Source of the DNA: an uncultured Nitrososphaeraceae archaeon
GTDB taxonomy: Archaea; Thermoproteota; Nitrososphaeria; Nitrososphaerales; Nitrososphaeraceae
Assembly: GCA_963825865.1 (NCBI GenBank)
Contig: CAWGVG010000015.1
Span: 128,001 to 192,000 of the forward strand
DNA: 64,000 bases
Direction of reading: 5' to 3'
A program made the position numbers and the translations under genes. The notes beneath the pieces were generated by a model. That model ran no database searches, was not told the DNA's origin, and saw only the letters and a list, made by a program, of their open reading frames with translations. Positions 1 through 12,259 of this stretch are shown piece by piece (the stretch's first letter is position 1; the number at the start of each line of letters is the position of its first letter).

Positions 1-609
1 TTGGGAGTTGAAGTAGAACATGCCAAAACATACCAAACTGCAATAATTTCTGATAAAAAAAAGCACTACATTGGTTGGAGTGGCATACAAGGAAAAGAAC
101 CAGACATAGTAGGAATGGAGGGAGACAAAAATGATAGACCCAGATGGATTAACACTGTATTCAGACAGACAGTATATGATATTATTAGTTCGCAATACTG
201 ATCCATTGCCAAATCTGAAAAAAGCAATTACTAATTTAGAATCTACATAATGTAAATCCAGAATTACTAAAGAGATCTAATAGACTATCCAAAAATCCAG
301 AAGAATATGAAAATGAAAATGATCGTAAACGCAAAATAGGGTTAGCGATTGGTGCAAGGAAAGGAGATGTTATAGAGTATTTTGAATCTGACAACAATAA
401 AGAAGGTTATTCTATAAATCCACAAGACATCAGTATAAAAAAAATACAAAATAATGTTATGGAAAGCAGTTAAGGATATTTTGGAAATTGCAGGTTATGA
501 CATTGCACAGATAGAACAAGAATTAATTTTTAACAATAGCAAATATGGCCACATAGCAGAGCCTCCCCGTGGCGTGGCCGGGTTACGCCAATTTGCAGCA
601 AGGAGGTGA
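1..609 (+). CDS. Family B DNA polymerase, C-terminal palm/thumb part (5'-truncated by window edge, frameshifted); probably element-borne
   Basis: VEHAKTYQTAIISDKKKHYIGW..PDIVGMEGDKNDRP matches the PolB LEYEK..KKRY..KGLE.RRD region. After a shift near 200 it reads RLSKNPEEY..GDVIEY..SINPQDI..KYKIMLWKAVKDILE (thumb) to TGA 607-609. Confidence 0.7.
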
Positions 610-620
610 ATAGTCTAAAT

Positions 621-973
621 ATGGCATCAGAAAGTCAAGTATTAAGTCCTAAAGCCAAGGAAAATTTGCAGAGAAATGCAGAGCTAAGACAAAAGGACAA
701 CAAATTTGTAAAATTCAGCCAAGTGAGAAGAAGGTCTATCAATTCAATCCTGAAAAAATAGAGCAAGTAGAAGCAGAATTTAACGGAAAGAAGAGTCAAA
801 GATACAGATACACAGTAACAGACCCCAACGACAGCAATCAAGAAAAGTACCTAGACGTAGGAAAGAGAACTTCAGAAGACATTGACGCATATTTAAGTGA
901 AGGAAAAACATTACTCAAAATTCAAAGGTTTGGCTTAGGCAAGGATACACGATATCACGTTACACAAGCCTAA
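621..973 (+). CDS. Small protein, putative phage-type single-stranded DNA-binding protein (one frameshift)
   Basis: AGGAGGTGA SD at 601-609, ATG 621. Stitched: MASESQVLSPKAKENLQRNAELRQKDNKFVK..RYRYTVTDP..EGKTLLKIQRFGLGKDTRYHVTQA. The KIxRxGxGxDTxY end resembles viral OB-fold SSBs (inference). Confidence 0.5.
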
Positions 974-1746
974 AACCAAACCTCCATCCGTATTTTTTTG
1001 GATTAAGATACCTTGTATAGGACGTGATATTAAGTTTAACCAAGGTTTGGACGAGTGTCTGAATATAATATCAAGATTAACAGTGAGAGAAAGCTATAGT
1101 TTATCGATTCGGTCCGTAAACCATTAAAAATGCTGTTAAAACATGATAAGGACTATTGACGGACTAACTTGCTCGGATTACATAAATCACATATAGTAAA
1201 AGATTTATTGCAAGACAATATCGTCCTCCATGAATATAAGTTCCTAACTCCTCCATCGTTCTCTTTAATTCATTTATCCTTTTGTCGTAGTAGCTAAAAA
1301 ACAAGTCAGAGATAGCCGCTGCTGTTCTTGTTCATGTAACTGGTTTTGTTCTCGTTATTGCCTCGTTCTTTTTCTAGTCCTTCTTCAACCGTCTTATCAC
1401 AAACAAAATGGGACCCATATCCCTAAATGATATTCTGGCTTCTTTTGCTAACCACTAACAATAACAAATAAAATTACAGCTGCTGCATTTGTAGATAGTA
1501 TGCTTAGAATGAAAGAACATATGCAAAAAAATCTAAGTTTTTTTATCTTGTCTATCCATAACGCTGATTGTAAATCTTACATTAACTACAGCACATTCTG
1601 GGTTGGTTAACGCACAGGACAGAATAATACATCAATGCAACCTCAAGGAACACGGAGCATGGCAACAACAACAAATGCCAATTTTTTGTATACAGTTATT
1701 ATTAATGGTGGTGATGGTACAGAGTAAACATACACTAGCAAGACTA

Positions 1747-4192
1747 TCACTGTGAAGCAAATACTTGAATACGATAATTATAGAATCAGCTACATACACA
1801 TTACCAGATGAATCAATAGCAATACCACATGGGATCTGAATTGTCCATCGCCTGTACCATAAGATCCCCATTTTGTTATAAAATTGCCATTGCTGTCAAA
1901 CTTTTGTATACGATGATTACCTGAATCAGTTACATACACATTACCTGAAGAATCAACAGCGATACCAGTTGGACGTATCAAATTGTCCATCTCCAGTACC
2001 ATAACATCCCCATTTTGTTATAAAGTTACCATTGCTGTCAAACTTTTGGATACGATCGATTATCAGTATCAGCTACATACACATTACCTGAAGAATCAAC
2101 AGCGATACCATAAGGATTATCAAATTGTCCATCTCCAGTACCTTTAAATCCCCATTTTGTTATAAAGTTACCATTGCTGTCAAACTTTTGTATACGATTA
2201 TTATCATGCATCAGCTACATACACATTACCTGAAGAATCAACAGCAATACCATCTGGATGTATCGAATTGTCCATCTCCTGTACCATTACATCCCCATTT
2301 TGTTATAAATTTACCATTACTGTCAAACTTTTGAAACGATGATTATACTCATCAGCTACATACACATTACCTGAAGAATCTACAGCTATACCCTCTGAAT
2401 ATAAATTGTCCATCTCCAATCGCAGATCCTATAAATTGCCCATACTGTTCTAACTGATAAGTATCCCCATTTTCTAACAAAGGTATACTCATTTGATATA
2501 ACAGGTTTTGTTTGATTGGGCATTGTATGTTGGTATTGATTACTAGCAGCTTTCACAGTAACAGATACAATAGCAGGATTATTACTTGCAGCACCTTTAT
2601 CGTCTTTAACTGTAAGAGAGAATTTCAATGTAGTGTCAGACTGATACAGTTGGAGTGTAAATGTGATGTTGCATGTATTAGCATCATTTAATGTTACAGC
2701 TGGACCTGAAGTCTGCGTCCATGAATAAGATGTTATATTGCCATCTGGATCTCTACTGCCGCTACCATCCAAAGTAACAGTATCACCTGCATTAACTGTC
2801 TGATCTGAGCCAGCATTAGCTGTTGGAGGCTGATTAGGTGGTGGTATATACTTGTCTGTAACTTTAACAGTAGCTGTATTAGTTGCATTTTTGCTATCTG
2901 TAACTGTTAATTCAAATATCATATCTGTGTCTGAAGATATATCTTTGGGAGCTGTAAATGTAGCAATGGATGTATCAGCACCGTTCAATGTAACAGTATG
3001 GTCCACTAGTCTGAATCCATGAATATGTTAATGAATCGCCATATCTGGATCTTTACTTTTACTACCATCCAAAGTAACAACATATCCTGCATTTACTGTC
3101 TGATTGTACCGGCATTAGCTACTGGAGGATGGTTGACAGGATTTACTGTGATTTTGACAGTTGAAATACCTGTTGCATTTTTGTCATCTTTAACTGTTAA
3201 TTCAAATACTAATACTGTATCAGTTGAAACATTGATGGAGCTGTAAATGATGGTGTAGCGGTATTAGCACCATTTAATGTAACAGCTGGTCCTCCTATCT
3301 GTTTCCATGAATATGATGTTATAGTTACCATCTGGGTCTTTACTTTTAGTACCATCCAAAGTAACACTATCACCAGCATTAACTGTTTGATCTAAGCCAG
3401 CATTAGCTACCGGTGGTTGGTTAGGAGGTGGAACATACTTGTCTGTAACTTTAACATCATCTACACCAGTTGCATTTTTATTGTCAGTAACTGTTAATTT
3501 AAACGTCAGAGTTGTGTCAGCAGATATGTTGTTAGAAGGAGCTGTAAAGGTAGCTATTGGATCTATTAGCACCATTTAATATAACAGTAGGACCAGCAGT
3601 CTGCACCCATGAATATGTTAATGTATCGCCACTATCAGGGTCTTTGCTTTTACTTCCATCTAGAGTAACAACATAACCTGGATTTACTGTCTGATCTTCA
3701 CCAGCATTAGCTACTGGAGGGTGGTTGATATGCTTGACTGTAATAGTAACAATGGCATGGATTGTTACTTTCAGCACCCTTGTCATCTTTAGCTGTTAGC
3801 GCAAACTTCAATTGGGTATCAGATGGTACATTGGAAGGAGCTGTAAATGTAGGTGAAGATGTATTAGATCGTTTAATATTACAGCTGGTCCTGCAATCTG
3901 TCATCCATGAATAGCTCAATTTATCATTTGGATCTGGATCAATGGCAACACCAACAAGTGTAACCTTTGAGCTCTCATTTACTGTTTGGTCTGGACCAAC
4001 ATTGGCTATAGGAGGATGATTGACTATAGGTGGTTGCTTTGGATTGGTTGGTTTGAACGCTAATGCTGTATGATAAGTATAAGGAGCATTTGGTAAAGTA
4101 TTATTAAATGATGATAAGGGAAGAAAAACATTACAAATTGCGCTGAGTGTTAAAATTAAAGTTATTAAAGTTGTTTTTGTCTTTACCATCAT
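1747..4192 (-). CDS. Secreted surface protein: signal peptide + 5 PKD/Ig-like repeats + NHL beta-propeller (frameshifted)
   Basis: ORFs 3707-4192, 3532-3786, 3264-3575, 2386-3006 and 1790-2002 carry PP.ANAG.DQTVN.G..VTLDGS.S.DPD..YSW.Q..GP repeats, then [29 protein letters not shown] repeats, ending IQVFASQ*. Confidence 0.85.
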
Positions 4193-4211
4193 CTATTAGA
4201 TGTGTTTTAGT

Positions 4212-4238
4212 TTACTTCTAGTATGATATAAAAGCATC
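4212..4238 (-). promoter_or_regulatory. Putative archaeal promoter (TATA) shared with the paralogue at 9109-9135
   Basis: TTACTTCTAGTATGATATAAAAGCATC is identical at both sites. On the minus strand it contains TTTATA about 35 nt upstream of each ATG. Confidence 0.55.
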
Positions 4239-4519
4239 CAGTTATTTTCCGCATTAGTTAAGACATAGATATCTACAATTAACTCTGTGTTACCATCATT
4301 CACTCCAAATGTAACGTTGAGAAATCAAAGATTGATTAATAACTGTCTAGAGTAGTATTCATATCAGTGAGTGTCTAGAGTAGTATAGGAGTAATATTCA
4401 TATCAGCGCATCAGGTTGTCACATTGTGTGATGAATGACTTATAGTATTGGTATTGATACGGGAGAAAGATTAGCATTTACTCTATTTGTTATTGGTATA
4501 AATCTAAAGGAGAAGAATT

Positions 4520-5881
4520 TTGTTTATCTGTATTTTTAAAGGGTATAATCTAATAATACCGCTCTTTTTTATAGTGATGTTATTATTCAGCAGTATATTT
4601 TCATTTCCAATAAAGTATGTTAATGCACAGTCGAATAGCAACCCTGCTACCATAAACCATGTAACCCAATCTTCGATTCCAAATTCATTTAAGGTAACAT
4701 TTGATGGACTAGAGGCATCATCTCCATGTAATCAATGTACTTTTCAAGCCACAACAACTGGTTCATTTACTTTAACTTTTAAAAGTGCTAACCAATTAAC
4801 TGATAGAGAAGAACTTCCGAAGGGCTCTGACTCTGAACTTGAGGCTGATGGTAAGGGATTCATTTCTATTAATGCTCAAAAAACTGTTGATAAAGAAGAT
4901 TGTAGATTCAAGTTTTCTAATGATTATATAATTAAAGGAAATGCGATCTACAGAACTCCAGTAAAAGGAGATGAACATGACCACGGTGGCATTAATGTGT
5001 ATGATATTCACGCTTATCCTAACGAAGCTTATGCAACGTTAGTAAAAGGAAAGGAATCTATTTGTTATGGTACATGGCTGACCTCTCCTGGTGCTCTATT
5101 AACATGTGATAGTGTTTTTATAAATTTAGCAGTAGGCAGCGGTAAAGTTGAAAAAAATGATGATCAAGGACATAAAGAATGCACACTTCAGTAGTCCTAC
5201 TACTGTTACTACAATGGTACAGGTGTATGCCTAACTACAACTACAACTTCAACTTCAAAGAATCCAGCAACCAACAGATCATCCATGCCACTCTCTTCTC
5301 TTAGAAACGACGCTAGTTGTCCAGAATTAAGTGGAGGTATAATGGGTATCAAGATTCCCAGGAAGTAACAACGTTCAGGACCTTGAATCAGGATTTAGGG
5401 CAAAGGCAGAAAAGTTTATTGATGCACTCAAAGCTGCCTGGAGCTCAAGTAACGATTTCAGCCACAAAAAGACCAGAAGAAAGAGCATATCTTATGCACT
5501 GGTCCTGGATGATAGCAAAAGGACATTACGATGCAAGCAAAGTATCAGCCAAAGCTGGAGTAAATATCAACTGGTGGCATGGAGATCAAGCAAAATCAGA
5601 AGCAGCTGCACAGGAAATGGTAGATGGTTATGGAATTAATAATTTACAAGTAGCCCCATCATTGAAATCCCGTCACATTGAGGGCAATGCCATCGATATG
5701 AGCATTTCATGGTCTGATTCTCTAAAAATTAAAAATGCAGATGGAACAGATGTATCAATAACATCTACCCCTAGAGATGGCACCAACAGAAGAGCTGATT
5801 GCTGTTGGAAAAGTCTACGGTGTAATTCACTTCATAGACGTAAACAAAGACAAGCCTCATTGGTCTACTGATGGTAAGTAG
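4520..5881 (+). CDS. Secreted protein with Cys-rich N-domain and C-terminal M15-like (VanY/endolysin-type) Zn peptidase domain (frameshifted)
   Basis: Signal peptide ending VNA-Q. Stitched C-domain: ELSGGxWVSRFPGS..DL..FR...EKFIDALKAAGAQVTISATKRPEERAYLMHWSW...SRHIEGNAIDMSISW...DKPHWSTDGK*. SxHxxGxAxD plus a distal His is the M15 signature. Confidence 0.7.
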
Positions 5882-6080
5882 AGAATATTTTTTGATAAAT
5901 AAATTCTAGAGGGCTTTACCTTCTTACTATATATGGTATATTGATGTTCCGATTCGTTACTATTATGTTAGCATTGCTATCACTTTGTTGCTTGTGATAT
6001 GATTTGTTTTCCGTGATGACACAATTTTTCTCGTATATGTATGTAGGATCTGTGAATCTTAAATAGTCGAAAAGCACGAT

Positions 6081-6372
6081 AATAGAGAAAATATCTCCAC
6101 TACGTCCACCATCTCCACTTTTGCTTAGTTCGACAAATAGAGCTAAATTAAGGTTCTTTTAGCGGAGATATTGCAATGAAGTATCTCCACCAACTACTGC
6201 AATATCTCCACCATTAACTACAGATTATTGGACATAGATAGAGTGGTGGAGGTATTTGTTATACAGGTGGAGATGGTATATGCGGGGTAAGAATATCTCC
6301 ACCATTTTTGGACTAAATTTGAGCACGGAATCAAGTGTGGTGGAGGTAGTGGACATAGTGGAGGTATTTTAC
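6081..6372. repeat. Iteron-like array of CTCCAC/GTGGAG motifs (copy A); inverted homologue of 16668-16942
   Basis: About 10 motif copies, with 9-bp-period triplets at both ends in opposite orientation (ATCTCCACT ACGTCCACC ATCTCCACT ... GGTGGAGGT AGTGGACAT AGTGGAGGT). Confidence 0.8.
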
Positions 6373-6399
6373 ATACTACTGTAGGACAGTAGCTCTTCT

Positions 6400-6646
6400 A
6401 AATCCTCACCTGGTGAAAAATTCTTAACGTTATTTTATCTCGAGAAAACGACTTTATGGAAAAGTCAAAGAAAGATACAGATATACAATGACAGAAGCTG
6501 ATAACGACAAGCGGCAGAAAAATACCAGGAAGTAGGAAACAAACTTCAGAAGAACAGTGAAGCATATCTAGGTGAATAGAAAACATTACTTAAAATTCAA
6601 TGGTTTGGCTTGCAAGGATACATGATATCAAGTTACACGAACATAA
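6400..6646 (+). pseudogene. Decayed copy of the SSB-like gene at 621-973
   Basis: DNA similarity: AAAGATACAGATATACA, GTAGGAAAC AAACTTCAGAAGA, AAAACATTACTTAAAATTCAA, CAAGGATACA.GATATCA.GTTACAC. Internal stops are present. Confidence 0.75.
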
Positions 6647-6755
6647 AGCAAATCCAAAACCTTTCCCATGTTGAATTCTTGTACATCAATTTAAGATCAT
6701 CATACGCGTAGTTTCCGCCAGCAAATTATTACCTACTTTTAAGGCTCATTTAATA

Positions 6756-9090
6756 TTATTTGTAAGCAGCAAACACTTGGATACGGTTATTCTCAAATTC
6801 AGTTACATACACTGTTTTGTAATCTACAGCAATATCTGCTGGACGATCCAATTGTCCATCTCCAGTACCTTGAGATCCCCATTTTGTAATTAAATTACCA
6901 TTGCTGTCGAATTTCTGAATAATAAAGCTATTGCCAGTTACATACACATTGCCTGTTTTGTAATCAACAGCTATACCATAATCCAAAGTACTAATAAACT
7001 CTCCAGCACCAGAAGAGTCTAATGCAATATTAGTTGGTCCTTGAAACTGATGCTGACCGCCAAACTGTCCGTCATCGTTTCCATGAGATCCCCATTTTGT
7101 AATAAAATTACCATTGCTGTCAAACTTTTGAATACGATAATTATAACTGTCGGCAACGTACACATTACCGGATGAAGGTTCAATAGCAACACCCTCTGGA
7201 AAATTGAATTGGCCATCATCTGAACCCAACGATCCCCATTTTGTAATAAAATTGCCATTGCTGTCAAACTTTTGAATACGATGATTAAAAGCCTCTGTTA
7301 CATACACATTGCCTGAAGAATCTACAGCAACGTCTGTGGGCGAATTGAGTTGTCCATTTCCAGTACCTTGAGATCCCCATTTTCTGACAAATTGATAATT
7401 ATTTGCTGTACCACTGCTTGCTTTGGTTAGACTTCCTGTAGTTGTTGGTGCTGTCGCTGCTGGTGTAGCAGTTGCTTTCACAGTAACGGATACGGTAGCA
7501 GGACTATTACTTGTAGCACCTTTATCGTCTTTAACTGTAAGATTGAATTTCAATATAGTGTCGGATGATACGCTTGGTGCTGTAAACGTTGGTGAAGCTA
7601 CATTAGCATCACTCAATGTTATAGTTGGACCTGCAGTCTGTGTCCATGAGTATGATGTTATATTGCCATCAGGATCTCTGCTACCGCTACCATCCAAAGT
7701 AACAGTACCCACTAGCATTAACTGTCTGATCTTGGCTAGCATTCACTGTTGGTGGTTGATTTGGTGGAGGGACATACTTGGCTGTAACTTTGACATTAGA
7801 AGTATTTGTTGCATTTTTGCTATCGGTAACTCTTAATTCAAATGTCATATCTGTGTCTGAAGATATATCCTTGGGAGCTGTAAAAGTAGCAATAGATCTA
7901 TCAACACCATTTAATACCACTGATGGTCCTCCTATCTGTTTCCATGAATAATTCAATGGGTCATTGTCCGGATCTCTACTTTTGCTTCCATCCAAACTAA
8001 CAGCATATCCTGCATTGACTGTTTGATCTAAGCCAGCATTAGCTCAGGTGGATGATTGACAGGATTTACTGTGACTCTAACAGTGGAAATACCAGTTGCA
8101 TTTTTATCATCTGTGACTGTCAATTCAAATACCAATACAGTATTGGTTGAAATATCTGAAGGGGCTGTGAATATAGGTGTAGCAGTAGTAGCGTCGTTTA
8201 TTATAACAATGGGTCCTCCTATCTGTTTCCATGAATAAGACTTTATAGCACCATCCGGGTCTTTGCTTTTACTTCCATCCAAAGTTACAGTATCTCCAGC
8301 GTTTACAATCCGGTCTGAGCCAGCATTGACTACCGGTAGTTTATTAGGTGGTGGGATATACTTGTCTATAACTTTAACATCGGCTGATCCAGTACATTTT
8401 TGCTATCTCTAACTGTTAATTTAAAAATGAGGGGTGTATCAGCAGATATATTGGAAGGAGCTGTAAAGGTGGCTATTGGAGAACTAGCACCATCCAACTT
8501 AACTGTAGGGCCAGCTATTTGTGTCCATAAATAAGATAATGAATCGCCACTATCAGGATCTTTGCTTTTACTACCATCCAAGGTAACAATATCTCCCGGA
8601 TTCACGACTACTTGATTTTCTTGACCAGCATCAGCTACTGGAGGCTGGTTAACATGTTTGACTGTAACGGTTACAATAGCATCATTACTACTTTTAGCAC
8701 CCTTATCATCTTCACTGTCAATAAAAATTTCAAGTCTCTATCTGATGATACAGTTGGAGCTGTAAATGATGGATTAGTGGTATTACTATTGTTTAGTTTA
8801 ACACCAGGTCCAGATATTTGTTTCCATGAATAACTTAATTTGTTGTCACCAGAGTCTGGATCACTTGCTATTCCATTTAACACAACAGTTGCATTTTCAT
8901 TTACTGTTTGGTTTACACCAGCATTAGCTACTGGAGGATTATTAATAATTGGTTTTAGATTAGTTGGTTTGAATGCTAGTGCTGTATAAGTATGAGTAAT
9001 AGCTGGTAAAGTAGTAACAAGAATAAGACTACAAACTAAACTGACAATTAAAATTAAAGTTGTTATTGTAGCTGTTGTCTTTACCATCAT
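6756..9090 (-). CDS. Secreted surface protein: signal peptide + 5 PKD repeats + NHL propeller (frameshifted)
   Basis: ORFs 8671-9090, 8366-8605, 8028-8282, 7687-7995 and 6756-7742; TALA-FKPTN leader; ends RIQVFAAYK. Confidence 0.85.
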
Positions 9091-9108
9091 CGACGAGATA
9101 TATTTTGG

Positions 9109-9135
9109 TTACTTCTAGTATGATATAAAAGCATC
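9109..9135 (-). promoter_or_regulatory. Putative promoter, identical to 4212-4238
   Basis: 27-nt identity upstream of a paralogous start codon. Confidence 0.55.
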
Positions 9136-9342
9136 AGTACCAGTTCATGTCAAGCAAATAAGAAACATATACATCGACGATCAGCAATGATAGATTTGGC
9201 AAAAATGTCACCTAGTAGTAATTAGCCCAATGTGTAACACAAAATACCTTGTAAATTGACAAAGGTATCTTTAGATCTTACTATATACAAGATTTTTTAC
9301 TACTACCTACTTAACAGCTACTACTACTTTTAAGTCTCAACA

Positions 9343-11344
9343 TTATTTCTGAGGGGCAAATACTTGGATACGACTATTTCCATTATCAGATACATACACA
9401 TTACCTGTTTTAGAATCTATAGCAACATAATTTCGACTCTTAAATTGTCCATCTTCGGTACCATAAGAACCCCATTTTGTTATAAAATTACCATTGCTGT
9501 CAAATTTTTGTATACGGTGATTACTACTATCAGCTACATACACATTACCTGAAGAATCAATAGCAATACCTAATGGACTATCGAATTGTCCGTCTTCAGT
9601 ACCATAAGAACCCCATTTTGTTATAAAGTTACCATTGCTGTCAAATTTTTGTATACGGTTATTGCCGTAATCAGCTACATACACATTACCTGAAGAATCA
9701 ACAGCGACACCTTCTAGGATTGAATTGAATTGTCCGTCTTCGGTACCATAAGAACCCCACTTTGTTATAAAATTACCATTGCTGTCAAATTTTTGTATAC
9801 GGTTATTGCCGTAATCAGCTACATACACATTACCTGAAGAGTCAACAGCGACATCATTTGGAAAATGAGAATTGTCCATCTCCAGAACCATGAGATCCCC
9901 ACTTTGTTATAAAATTACCATTGCTGTCAAATTTTTGTATACGGTTATTGCCGTAATCAGCTACATACACATTACCTGAAGAGTCAACAGCGACATCATT
10001 TAGTTGAATGAATTGTCCATCTCCAGAACCTTGAGATCCCCACTTTGTTATAAAATTACCATTGCTGTCAAATTTTTGTATACGGTTATTGCCGTAATCA
10101 GCTACATACACATTACCTGAAGAGTCAACAGTCAACTCCAGTTATAAGATTGAATTGTCCGTCTTCGGTACCATTAGAATCCCCATTTCCTTACAAATGA
10201 ATACTCATTTGAGACATTAACTTTTGTCTGATTACTTGATGCTGTTACTATTGATGGCTTCTGTACAGCGGCTTTCACCGTGACACTCACAATAGATGGA
10301 TTATTACTTGCAGTACCTTTATCATCCTTAACTGTAAGAGAGAATTTCAATATAGTATCAGATGATACACTTGGAGCTGTAAATGATGTTATTGCAGTGT
10401 CTGCACCGCTTAGTGTAACAGATGGACCGGAAGTCTGCATCCATGAGTATGATGTTATATTGCCATCTGGATCTCTACTGCCACTCCCATCTAAAGTAAC
10501 ATTATCACCAGAATTAACTGTCTGATCTAGACCAGGCGTTAGCTGTTGAAGGCTGATGGGGTGGTGGTATATACTTGTCTGTAACTTTAACGTCATCTAC
10601 ACCAGTAGCATTTTTACTATCTCTAACTGTCAGTCTAAATATCAAATCAGTGTCAGCAGATATGTTGTTTGAAGGAGCTGTAAAGGTAGCTATAGTTCTA
10701 TCAGCACCATTTAATGCAACGTTTGGGCCTGCAGTTTGTATCCAGGAATAGATTAATGGATCGTTATCAGGGTCTTTGCTTTTACTTCCATCTAGAGTAA
10801 CAATATATCCTGCATTAACTGTCTGGTCAATACCTGCATCAGCTATTGGAGGGCGGTTGATATGCGTGACAGTAATAGTAACAATGGCTAAATTGTTACT
10901 TTCAGCACCTTTATCATCTTTAGCCGTCAAGGCAAACTTCAATTGGGTATCTGACGGCACATTGGAAGGAGCTGTAAACGTAGGTGAAGCAGTATCATGA
11001 CCGTTCAATGTTACTGCAGGTCCTGCAGTTTGCAACCAAGAATAACTTAATTTATCGTTCGGATCCGGATCAATGGCAACACCAACAAGTGTAACCTTTG
11101 AGCTCTCATTTACTGTCTGGTCTGGACCAACATTGGCTATAGGAGGATGATTAATAGTAACAGGTTTCGAAACAGTAGTATTATTAGTTGGTTTGAATGC
11201 TAATGCTGTATATTTCTTATCTGTAATATTGAGGATAGCAGTAGATAAAAAAACAATATTACTATAAACTAAAATGACCAAGGCCAAAGTTAATACAACC
11301 AAGAGTTTTCGATCCTTATCCATAAGAAAAGTCTTGATTGCCAT
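9343..11344 (-). CDS. Secreted surface protein: signal peptide + 3 PKD repeats + 6-blade NHL propeller (frameshifted)
   Basis: ORFs 10514-11344, 10174-10596, 9854-10135 and 9343-9891; near-identical ~141-bp NHL repeats. Confidence 0.85.
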
Positions 11345-11771
11345 TTTTTTATCTTATTATTTCCTTGCACGTTTGTTTAGATTTTAATGTTTCAGTATAT
11401 TGTCATCATGACTCGAAACAATATGCAGACTGGCTGAATCAGCTGTTACACTAAATGATTCTGATATTATTTTTAACAAATGATTATTACTTTTGATAAG
11501 ATTTGATTACTATTTGCCCAAAATAGGAGAAAATATTATAACCTCATCTCATTTACAATAGCATATAATGGCAGTCATTAGGAGCAGTCTCTGTTCTGAG
11601 CCATGTTGCCGGAGACTAGCTGATGTAATATACTCCAACAACTGGAACAGTAAAAAATACACTAGCAGCTGCCATTCTAGTTATTATTATCATCGTCATT
11701 ATTGCTTCTATTCTGGTTACACCACAAATGTTTACGGTAAAGATATTCTTAGGAGATGCTGTTGTAGGCTT

Positions 11772-12259
11772 ATGACAATAACAGACAAAAAAGAAAACAT
11801 AATATTAATCAATATTGAATCTACCTCTAAAGAAGAAGAGGATCATGACGAAGACCCAGAAGAGCTAGAACGAATTACCCATAACCTACGAGACGAACTA
11901 ACTGAAATAGATGCAATAGAAAAGGTAGATTTAGTTATCAAAAGAAGGAGAAAAAGCTCCAAAAGGCTCCAAAGCTGGTGCCGAAGTAGTTGCATTGGGT
12001 TCTTTGCTTGTAACTTTAGGGACATCAGCAGTAAGCACTGCTATACCGAATCTTTCTAATGCTCTTCAATCATGGCTTACTCGTCATGAAAGACGTAAAA
12101 TCAGTTTAGAGATTGGAGGAGATAAGATAGAAGTAACAGGCATATCCGATGAACAGCAGGCAGCGGTTGATCGAGTCTTGGATAAGCCGCATAGCATCAG
12201 CAAAGAGAAAAAAAAGGAGAAGTACAGACGGATGGCGCCTGAAAGACGTTTTGCATTAA
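11772..12259 (+). CDS. EACC1-like (effector-associated constant component 1) protein (frameshifted; 3' end uncertain)
   Basis: Stitched: DPEELERITHNLRDELTEIDAIEKVDLV..EKAPKGSKAGAEVVALGSLLVTLGTSAVSTAIPNLSNALQSWLTRHERRKISLEIGGDKIEVTGISDEQQQRLIESW. This fits the EACC1 pattern (G.KG, hydrophobic helix, WL.R, terminal beta hairpin) and lies directly before a caspase. Confidence 0.7.

Noticed and set aside
1-609. Casposon or pipolin assignment for the PolB fragments
   Set aside because: No Cas1 or terminal inverted repeats are seen, a KxY-type motif (KKHY) is retained, and there is too little sequence to assign a clade.
4343-4407. Short tandem duplication (TGTCTAGAGTAGTAT x2, TATTCATATCAG x2) in the divergent promoter region
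   Set aside because: It could be an operator, but two copies are equally explained by local slippage; no further support.
6081-6372. CTCCAC arrays as CRISPR or a structured RNA gene
   Set aside because: Motifs are 6-10 bp, irregularly spaced and in both orientations; no recognisable RNA family.
9400-10175. Regular repeats with variable inserts resembling a CRISPR array
   Set aside because: The period is ~141 bp and in frame with NHL blades; these are coding repeats and no cas genes are present.
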